DNA of 28,513 nucleotides from NCBI GenBank assembly GCA_049472335.1, contig JBLIRO010000064.1, positions 1 to 28,513 on the forward strand. The letters run 5' to 3'. The translations under genes and the position numbers were made by a program. Positions 1-7,628 of the stretch are shown here, in pieces; position 1 is the first letter of the stretch, and every line of letters starts with the position of its first letter. Under the pieces are notes generated by a model that did no database searches, was not told where the DNA came from, and worked only from the letters and a program-made list of their open reading frames with translations. Origin of the DNA: a bacterium (lineage in GTDB: Bacteria > SZUA-182 > DTGQ01 > JAFGSM01).

Positions 1-73
1 TCTTCTCAAGCGACATGCGGATTGTACTAAATTTTAAAATACCCATACAGGATGTACAAATATTGCTTGCTCT

Positions 74-949
74 TTCATTTTAAGTGGATCCAGCTCAAGA
101 AAGCTGAAAAGAGTTCATGCAAATATGCTTGCCGGAAGGGCATGGACTTATCACCTTTTCCCTTTTATTTATCAGGAAATCAAAGATTCATTTGAGATAA
201 AAAATGTACTCCGATTCGGTACATTGCCAAGTGTTTATCTAACAAAGGATGATTTAGAAAAAAGTGAAATCTTAAGGTCTTATGTAGATACATATATAGA
301 AGAAGAGATCGAATTGGAGGCAAATATAAGAAATCTTGGGGGATTTCTTCGCTTTTTACCGATTGCCGCCTCTCAAAATAGAGAGCTTGTGAATTATTCA
401 AATATTACCCGTGAAACAGGTGTAAGTTTCAACACAGTGAGAGGATATTATAAAATCCTTTAGGATACCCTTTTAGGATTCTTCCTTTTTCCTTATGGAA
501 GGTCTATTCGTAAGAAGATGGCTAAACATCCGAAGTTTTATTTTTTTGATACTGGCGTTGTGAGCGCCCTTACGAGAAAACTTAGTGTTCCATTTATGGA
601 GCATAGCTATGAATATGGTAAGGCTTTTGAGCATTCTTTTATCTGTGAATTGATAAGGTTGAACGATTATAAGCGTTTGGACCTGGAATTCTCTTTTTAT
701 AGAACGGAAAGAGGGGCAGAGATGGATTGTATTATAGAAACCCCAAAGGGAAAGGTAATCGCTGTAGAAATAAAGTCAACCAAAGCGCCATCTTCTTCCC
801 ATTGCACAGGATTATATTCCCTTAAGCAAAAGGTTCCGAATGCTGAATTAATATTGGTCTGTCAAGCTCAAAATCCGATTAAACTGAAAGAAGCTATTGG
901 CATGTCCTGGGAAGAGGCCCTTCAGTATATAATCAACATCGTAAATTAA
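74..949 (+). pseudogene. AAA+ ATPase (AAA_14/DUF4143-type ATP-binding protein), 5'-truncated with an in-frame amber stop
   Basis: One frame reads FILSGSSSRKLKRVHANMLAGRA (from 74) ...GYYKIL-TAG(461-463)-DTLLGFF...KHPKFYFFDTG...EMDCIIE...AVEIKS. ORFs 125..463 and 518..949 share this frame. An upstream TAA at 35-37 lies in the same frame and no Walker A/B region is visible. Confidence 0.85.
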
Positions 950-1020
950 TTTGCCGGATTCTGGCAGAAGTTAATATTTAATGGAAATACCCAATAGATC
1001 CTTAACTGGTGATCAACAAA

Positions 1021-1050
1021 TTGACTTCATAATATTTTGTATGATAAATT
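1021..1050 (+). promoter_or_regulatory. Possible sigma70 promoter for the coiled-coil gene
   Basis: TTGACT (1021-1026), 18-nt spacer containing TG, then TAAATT (1045-1050). Confidence 0.35.
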
Positions 1051-1152
1051 TTTTCCATTCATTTTCAATTCGGGTTAACAAGTATGAATTCTTTTCCTGG
1101 ATTTGTATTTTAAACAGCTTAAATGTTAAAAAGAATTATGAGGGAGTAAAAA

Positions 1153-2196
1153 ATGGAAGTAAAGAGGGACGTTTCGGTAAAAAGCACCAAAAATGAGATT
1201 CTTCAGGCGTATAACGAGCTTTTAACAAAAATCAAGGAAGAGAAGCCTTTTGATCGTAAAGAAGAGAGAAAAAAGGAGGAAGAAAAAACGATAATAAAGG
1301 GTGCTTCACAAAATTCGATTGAAAAGATTGTAAAGGGTTTGGCTGAGATTAAATTGGAAATCGGAACGGCGCTTGATAACCTGGAAGAAAGGCTTATAAA
1401 GGAGTTCAAAAAATTAACAGAGCTACAGCATGCCATAGAGATTGAGCAAAAGGAACTGGAAGAGATTCATGAGATAAAGGTAAACGCAGACAGCCTCGCT
1501 GCTTTATTAAGGGCACAGAAAGAGAAAAGATCACAGTTTGAGGCGGAAATGGAAGAAAAGAAGGAAGCCTTTGAATCAGATATGGCTCAAAAGAGGTTAC
1601 AATGGAAAAAGGAACAGGAAGATTATGACCTTTCAAGGAAAGAAAGGGATACAGAGGTTAAAAAGGAAAGAGAGAGGGAAGAGGAAGAATATAATTATGC
1701 CTTGCAACTAAAAAGGAAAAAGGATAACGATGTCTATGAAGCAAAGAAGGCTGCCCTGGAGAAAGAACTAAAGGATAAAAAGGCTGTTGTTGAAAAGGAG
1801 TTGTCTGAAAGAGAGGCATTGGTGTCAGCTAAGGAGAATGAGCTTAATGATTTAAAGGCCCGGGTGGCTGAATTTCCGGTTCAACTTGAAAAGGCGGTAA
1901 AAGATACGGAAAAATCCGTCATCGAAAAGCTGGAATTTAAATATAAACACGAAGCTGAACTGGCTACAAAAGAGATTGAAGGTGAGAGAAGATTAAATAA
2001 GCAGATTGTCTCGGCTTTAGAGGCTAAGATCAAGGAACAGGATGCACATATTCGTCAATTAACCCAAAAGACGGACCAGGCGGGACAACAGGTACAAAAC
2101 ATTGCCATAAAGGCCATTGAAGGGGCTTCTTCACAGAGAATATTCAGCAAGAATTATGAGATCCAAAAAGAAGGGATAGCTTCAAAGGATCAGTAA
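1153..2196 (+). CDS. Coiled-coil-rich hypothetical protein (E/K-rich)
   Basis: 347 aa, GGGAG RBS upstream, almost entirely E/K/L/A heptad-like composition, no hydrophobic transmembrane stretch. Confidence 0.85.
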   Translation: MEVKRDVSVKSTKNEILQAYNELLTKIKEEKPFDRKEERKKEEEKTIIKGASQNSIEKIVKGLAEIKLEIGTALDNLEERLIKEFKKLTELQHAIEIEQKELEEIHEIKVNADSLAALLRAQKEKRSQFEAEMEEKKEAFESDMAQKRLQWKKEQEDYDLSRKERDTEVKKEREREEEEYNYALQLKRKKDNDVYEAKKAALEKELKDKKAVVEKELSEREALVSAKENELNDLKARVAEFPVQLEKAVKDTEKSVIEKLEFKYKHEAELATKEIEGERRLNKQIVSALEAKIKEQDAHIRQLTQKTDQAGQQVQNIAIKAIEGASSQRIFSKNYEIQKEGIASKDQ

Positions 2197-2230
2197 GAAT
2201 CAATCTTAACAGAAAAGGAGATCTGCTATC

Positions 2231-2962
2231 ATGTTTTCCAAAAGATCGGTTTGTTTTTTCATTTTATGTCTCTCTTTATCCCTCGCAATTCTGATAGGTT
2301 CGGGATGTATCAAAAAAGGCAATGACCAAAAGACGCATGAAGAGGGCGAGATAACGGAGAGCGATGAACCTTTAGAGATGGACTCCAACGTAAAGGAGAT
2401 AGAGATAGAGGAGGAAGAGGCTGAGATAGAAGAACCTGAAAGTCAGAATATATCCGAGGTTAAAAATCCTGTAGCCTTGATCGAGACATCCATGGGTAAT
2501 ATCAAGATCGAGCTTTTTGAAGAAAGGGCGCCCATTTCTGTCAAGAATTTTATAGACTACGCGAATGAAAAATTTTATGATGGAACGATATTTCATCGTG
2601 TAATACCGAATTTTGTGATTCAAGGCGGGGGGTTTACTGAAGATATGACGAAAAAGCCTACACACCCCCCTATAAATAATGAGGCCGGAAACCAAATCAG
2701 CAACACCAGGGGTACTGTTGCCATGGCAAGAACACCATACATCCATAGCGCTACATCTCAGTTTTATATAAATTTAAGGGATAATAAGGCCTTAGACCAC
2801 AGGGATGATACTTCCGAGGGGTATGGTTATTGTGTATTCGGAAGGGTGATTGAAGGGATGGATGTGGTTGACAGCATCAGCCGTGTTCCCAGGGACAGAA
2901 GAGGCGCTCACAGTGATGTGCCTGTTAAGCCGGTGATTATCAAGTCTGTTCGGATACTTTGA
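2231..2962 (+). CDS. ppiA: Cyclophilin-type peptidyl-prolyl cis-trans isomerase, probable lipoprotein with an acidic linker
   Basis: FYDGTIFHRVIPNFVIQGGG, RGTVAMART, SATSQFYIN and GYCVFGRVIEGMDVVD motifs; hydrophobic N-terminus ending GSGC (lipobox-like); AAGGAG RBS. Confidence 0.92.
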   Translation: MFSKRSVCFFILCLSLSLAILIGSGCIKKGNDQKTHEEGEITESDEPLEMDSNVKEIEIEEEEAEIEEPESQNISEVKNPVALIETSMGNIKIELFEERAPISVKNFIDYANEKFYDGTIFHRVIPNFVIQGGGFTEDMTKKPTHPPINNEAGNQISNTRGTVAMARTPYIHSATSQFYINLRDNKALDHRDDTSEGYGYCVFGRVIEGMDVVDSISRVPRDRRGAHSDVPVKPVIIKSVRIL

Positions 2963-2982
2963 TGAAACTCTAAACGGCCCTC

Positions 2983-3975
2983 TTATCCCCCGATTCCCCA
3001 CATGGACCTTTTGCATTTGTGAGAGAAATCCTCCTGCAGGGTGTGCCCCGAGGGTTTGAAATGAATGGATTGTCTTATGATCCTTTCCAGTTCCTGATCA
3101 CTGGCTCCGGATCTGAGGGCTGCCTTGATACTTGTCTCCTGGTCGGAAAAAAGGCAGTTACGTAACCTTCCGTCCGCTGTGAGCCTGATCCTGTTGCATG
3201 TATCACAGAAGTGCTGGCTTAAGGGAGTGATAAAACCGATCTCACCGGCCCCTCCGGGGATTCGGAAGCGCCTGGCCGGACCATTCTGATTTACCTTTGA
3301 ATTAACAGGTTCCAGTTCGTGTTTTTTTTTAATAACACTCATAATGCTCTGGGCATCAATGGACTTGTCAGGGCTCCAGTAATCATTTTCACCAACAGGC
3401 ATAAACTCGATGAACCGGACATTGTATGGCTGTTCTAATGTAAGCCGGGCAAAGTCAAGGATCTCTTCATCGTTAAATCCCTTTATGGCCACACAATTTA
3501 TCTTGATAGGTGACAGCCCTTCCTTGTGAGCGGTCTTTATCCCCTCCATTACCCGGGGGAGCAAGTCCCGCCGTGTAATGTAATGATATTTTTCCCTTTT
3601 AAGTGTATCCAGACTTATATTGATCCTTTTTAGACCCGCCTTTTTTAATTCACCAGCGAATGAGGCCAATAAGACGCCATTGGTGGTCAAGGTCACATCA
3701 TCCAGACCCCTTAGCAAGCTCAATTGTTCAATTAAATAGATGGCCCCTTTTCGGGTCAAAGGCTCTCCTCCCGTGATCCTGATTTTTGTAACACCACAGT
3801 TAATAGCCACCCGGGTTAGTCTGATAATCTCTTCATAGGAGAGGATCTCTATATGGGGGAGGTGTTCTACGCCTTGCTCAGGCATGCAGTAGCGGCAACG
3901 AAGGTTGCAGCGGTCAGTAACTGAGACCCTCATATAGTCGATCTTTCTTGAGTGTGAATCTATCAACCCGGACAT
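2983..3975 (-). CDS. moaA: GTP 3',8-cyclase (radical SAM, molybdopterin biosynthesis)
   Basis: YMRVSVTDRCNLRCRYC (CxxxCxxC), TGGEP, FCDTCNRIRLTADG..C second cluster motif, C-terminal IGG. Confidence 0.97.
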   Translation of the reverse strand: MSGLIDSHSRKIDYMRVSVTDRCNLRCRYCMPEQGVEHLPHIEILSYEEIIRLTRVAINCGVTKIRITGGEPLTRKGAIYLIEQLSLLRGLDDVTLTTNGVLLASFAGELKKAGLKRINISLDTLKREKYHYITRRDLLPRVMEGIKTAHKEGLSPIKINCVAIKGFNDEEILDFARLTLEQPYNVRFIEFMPVGENDYWSPDKSIDAQSIMSVIKKKHELEPVNSKVNQNGPARRFRIPGGAGEIGFITPLSQHFCDTCNRIRLTADGRLRNCLFSDQETSIKAALRSGASDQELERIIRQSIHFKPSGHTLQEDFSHKCKRSMWGIGG

Positions 3976-5882
3976 TGTTCTTCTCCGGTGAGCGTGCAGT
4001 CATATCCGCCCATCGACTCTAACTCCTTTTTGAATGCCCGGCTTTTAAGGACCTTCAAGAGGGCTTTGGCCCAGGGTGATTTATAATATTCTTCAGGTAT
4101 GAGCAGATCATATCGCTCCTTTGCGAGGGGAAAGAATTCCAGCCCCAAGGCACGGGCAGCGCTGAGTATACCCAGCCCGCAATCCGCCCCACCGCTTTTT
4201 ACGAGTGCGGCGACCGCCATGTGGGTAAAGACCTCTCTTCTATAATCCCTGATGTGTTTGGGATCGATTCCCTCTTTTTTTAACCAGTGATCCAGAAGAA
4301 GTCTGGTGCCAGCGCCTGATTGACGGTTAACAAACCTTATATCTTCCCGGATGAGGTCATTGAGACCCTTGATTTTTTTCGGATTGCCCGGCTTCACCAT
4401 AAGTCCTTGGTCCCTGAATGCAAGATTATAAAGATGAAGCCTTTTTCCCGGGAGATATTTGTTGATATAGGGAATGTTGTATGTCCCTGTTTCAGGATCC
4501 AGAAGGTGGATTCCTGTCAGGTGGCATTCTCCTTTTTTTAAGGCCATAAGGCCTCCCAGGCTACCGAGGTGGGTTATGGAAAGCTTAAGACCCGTTTCTT
4601 CGCGGCCAAGATGGTCTGCAAGGAGATCAAGACCCGGATCATGGCTTCCGATAAAGGTTATTGATCCTTCTATTTCCTCTCTAGGTTTTAAAAGCTCCAC
4701 CTCGACCTCAGCCCCTCCGTCCAGTCCCTCGGATTGTCTGGGAACCTTTAGGATTCCATCCGCGCGAACAAGAGAGGTTATAACTCCTGCCCCCCTTTTA
4801 AGGGGGCTTGCTATATAATTTCCCCCCTGTTTCCCTAATTTGACCCTTATGTATTCTTCCTGGCCAAGCTTTGAGGGGAGCTTTCTCGCGGTCCTGGCCT
4901 TGAGGTAATCCGATGAAGGGACAGGCCGATTGAGCATTCGGCTTAGAACCGGCCGGGCGAAAAGCTCGAAGGCGATAACGGCAGATACAGGATAACCCGG
5001 AAGACCTATTACCGGTTTTTGGTCCGCCTTCCCAAGTATTACAGGTTTTCCCGGCATGATGCTGACCCCATGGACAAGCACTTCGCCTATTTCGGCGATT
5101 ACATCAGCGGTAAGGTCTCTGGTGCCGGCAGACGAACCGGCAACAATTACCAGCAGATCAGAACCTGCAAGCGCCTTTCGGGCCATGACAAGAAGTGAGG
5201 CGGAGACATCCTTTACAATGGGAAATATCAAAGCCTCGGCCCCCCATTGGGATAAAAGTCCGGAAAGCACAACCGAATTGGACTCTATAACCTGCCCCGG
5301 TTCCGGTGCCTGCCCGGGGCTTATTACCTCGTCGCCCGTGGGTATGATACTGACCCTGGGTTTTTTCCTTACCCTTATATTTGTCAAACCCCCTGAGAGA
5401 ATCGCTCCCATATCGAAGGGACGGATCAAATGGCAACTGGGAACAATCTGTTCTTCTGTTACTATATCTTCACCTATAGGCCGTACATAATGCCAGGGAG
5501 GGACCGATGCCATTATCTGTACCTTCTCAGGGTCGGGTTGATGAATATCTTCGATCATGATCACCGCGTCAAATCCATCCGGCAACGTTTCTCCCGTATT
5601 GATAAATCGTGCCTGAGGTCCAACCTTGAGTTCAATGGGATTTGTCTCGGTTGCTCCAAAGGTGTCCAGGGAGCGGACCGCGACTCCATCCATCGCGCTC
5701 ACATTGGAGACCGGTGAGGAAAGAATGGCGCGCACCGCTCTTGAGGTAATGCGTCCAAACGCTTTTTCAACCGGTACCTCTTCCTCCGGCCAATTTGAAT
5801 AATCAGGCAATATGCCCAGAAAGATTTCAAGAGCCTCTTCACGGCTCTTTTTTTTCAGATAAATGTGCCTTTTTTCTTTCAT
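3963..5882 (-). CDS. moeA: Molybdopterin molybdenumtransferase MoeA fused to a C-terminal periplasmic-binding-like (LysR substrate-binding) domain
   Basis: SAMDGVAV, IIPTGDE, PGKP and GLPGYPVS MoeA motifs, then GSHD, GSLGGL, FVNRQSGAGTRLLLD, ERYDL of the PBP-like domain; overlaps the moaA start. Confidence 0.93.
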   Translation of the reverse strand: MKEKRHIYLKKKSREEALEIFLGILPDYSNWPEEEVPVEKAFGRITSRAVRAILSSPVSNVSAMDGVAVRSLDTFGATETNPIELKVGPQARFINTGETLPDGFDAVIMIEDIHQPDPEKVQIMASVPPWHYVRPIGEDIVTEEQIVPSCHLIRPFDMGAILSGGLTNIRVRKKPRVSIIPTGDEVISPGQAPEPGQVIESNSVVLSGLLSQWGAEALIFPIVKDVSASLLVMARKALAGSDLLVIVAGSSAGTRDLTADVIAEIGEVLVHGVSIMPGKPVILGKADQKPVIGLPGYPVSAVIAFELFARPVLSRMLNRPVPSSDYLKARTARKLPSKLGQEEYIRVKLGKQGGNYIASPLKRGAGVITSLVRADGILKVPRQSEGLDGGAEVEVELLKPREEIEGSITFIGSHDPGLDLLADHLGREETGLKLSITHLGSLGGLMALKKGECHLTGIHLLDPETGTYNIPYINKYLPGKRLHLYNLAFRDQGLMVKPGNPKKIKGLNDLIREDIRFVNRQSGAGTRLLLDHWLKKEGIDPKHIRDYRREVFTHMAVAALVKSGGADCGLGILSAARALGLEFFPLAKERYDLLIPEEYYKSPWAKALLKVLKSRAFKKELESMGGYDCTLTGEEQCPG

Positions 5883-6010
5883 AATTAGCCAAACACCCGG
5901 TCAACAAGGGCAAATCTAAAGTAACTCAAATCAGGTTGTTCAGAAAGGTGATAACTGACCAGTTTTATATACACTTTGCCCTCACTGTAAATTCGGGAAG
6001 TAATCCCTGA

Positions 6011-6328
6011 TTACATACCTTGATCGATCCTCGAGAGGTGTTCGTCAATAATCTCTTTAGGGGTGAGTGATACAAGCCCTTTGAATCCCAGGAAAAGGGC
6101 TATCAGGTCATCTAATCCTCCGATGATGGGAACAAGTAAGCCGGGAATCAAATCTATGGGGCTGATAATATAGGCAATTGCAAGGCAGGGCATGGCCTTG
6201 GCATACCATGGTACACGTCTATCCCTCATTAGCCTGCCAAAGACCTTAGCGAATTTACGTATGTTGAATATTACCTGCAAGACCTTGACCGGATTTAGGA
6301 TGTTTCCCTTTTTGGATGAATCGCTCAT
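6011..6328 (-). CDS. YkvA/DUF1232 family small membrane protein
   Basis: DRRVPWYAK, AYIISPIDLIP and GGLDD motifs. Confidence 0.88.
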   Translation of the reverse strand: MSDSSKKGNILNPVKVLQVIFNIRKFAKVFGRLMRDRRVPWYAKAMPCLAIAYIISPIDLIPGLLVPIIGGLDDLIALFLGFKGLVSLTPKEIIDEHLSRIDQGM

Positions 6329-6636
6329 TGCTCTGAATTTTCCTGTTTCTATAAAAAATGAAAAATCCTTATACTATAAATTTATAACATATTATGGCTT
6401 AAAAAACCAAACAGAATGACAGAATAATAACTGGAAGTATTGCTCAATAGTCCCTAAAAAATGATTTTTCTGACGATAATATTAATATAACCTGTTTAAT
6501 TATGATGGATTCGTAAAAAAATCATTTCGTTTTTTTAACTCGATCGTAAATGTGTAGGCAACACAATCATTTTATGGTATATTGTTGTTAAATGACTGCC
6601 GGGCTTTATCAATCAAAATCAAAGGAGAAGCACATA

Positions 6637-7590
6637 ATGGCACATTATCTGGTCACTGGTGGAGCCGGATTCATTGGCTCCAATATCGTTGAGGCGCTTA
6701 TTGAAAAGGGGGAAAGGGTCCGTGTTGTGGATAATTTTTCTACTGGAAAGATTGAGAATATAGCTCCATTCATGGAAAAAATCGAATTTATGGAAGCAGA
6801 TATACTGGACATGAAAGCTATGAATGATGCATGTAAAGGGATAGATTATGTGCTTCATCAAGCCGCGCTGCCTTCCGTGCCCAGATCCGTTACAGATCCT
6901 ATAAGCAGTAATAGCACAAACGTCGATGGCACAGTTAATATTCTCTGGGCGGCAAAAGAAGCGGGTGTCAAAAGGGTGGTTTATGCCTCTTCCTCTTCAG
7001 CTTACGGAAACACGCCCATCCTTCCAAAGAAAGAAGATATGCCGGCAGATCCGCTTTCTCCTTATGCTATTTCAAAATATGCCGGAGAGCTTTATGCAAA
7101 AATATTTTATCAGATTTATGGCCTTTCAACAGTATCCCTTAGATATTTCAATGTGTTCGGCCCCAGACAGGACCCCGGTTCCCAATATGCCGCCGTAATA
7201 CCCAAATTTATCAATTCCCTTATTATAGGCATACCGCCGGTTATCTTCGGGGACGGCGAGCAATCAAGGGATTTTACCTTTGTAAAGAATGTCGTACAGG
7301 CTAATATCCTGGCGGCACATGCAGAAGAAGCAAGCGGGCATGTTTTTAATATTGCATGCGGAGAGAGGATTACCCTGAACCAATTGGTGAAGAAGTTGCA
7401 AGGGATACTGAACAGCCCTCTTGATCCGATATACACAGATCCAAGGCCCGGAGACGTAAAGCATTCCCTGGCGGATATCTCCAAGGCCGAGGGTATTTTG
7501 AATTATAAGCCTATTTATAATACGGAGGACGGCCTTCGGGAAACGGTTAAGTGGTTTACGCGATCTAATAAATGTTCAGCCCTTTTATGA
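6637..7590 (+). CDS. Extended SDR NAD-dependent nucleotide-sugar epimerase/dehydratase (WbpP/TviC-like)
   Basis: YLVTGGAGFIGS, HQAALPSVPRS, ASSSS, SPYAISK (YxxxK), LRYFNVFGPRQDP. Start moved from 6592 to the ATG at 6637 behind an AAGGAG RBS. Confidence 0.93.
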   Translation: MAHYLVTGGAGFIGSNIVEALIEKGERVRVVDNFSTGKIENIAPFMEKIEFMEADILDMKAMNDACKGIDYVLHQAALPSVPRSVTDPISSNSTNVDGTVNILWAAKEAGVKRVVYASSSSAYGNTPILPKKEDMPADPLSPYAISKYAGELYAKIFYQIYGLSTVSLRYFNVFGPRQDPGSQYAAVIPKFINSLIIGIPPVIFGDGEQSRDFTFVKNVVQANILAAHAEEASGHVFNIACGERITLNQLVKKLQGILNSPLDPIYTDPRPGDVKHSLADISKAEGILNYKPIYNTEDGLRETVKWFTRSNKCSALL

Positions 7591-7628
7591 GGTTTATTAA
7601 TTCGCTAAATGGTAATAGATTGTTATAA

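Noticed and set aside
461..463. Pyrrolysine or amber readthrough in the ATPase
   Set aside because: The gene also lacks its N-terminus, a single GAG>TAG change explains the stop, TAG ends intact genes here (cdsA, rsmB, DUF4160), and no pyl genes are in the window
952..966. Small hairpin TGCCGG-ATT-CTGGCA as terminator
   Set aside because: Short stem with a G-U pair, 3-nt loop and no U-tract
981..1196. 71-aa ORF upstream of the coiled-coil gene
   Set aside because: AT-rich promoter region, overlaps the real gene out of frame, no recognisable motif
4320..5717. Several 70-145 aa ORFs, mostly plus-strand, over moeA (and similar shadow ORFs over rseP, ribF, the TPR gene and rsmB)
   Set aside because: Antisense or alternative-frame shadows of well-supported genes, with no motifs
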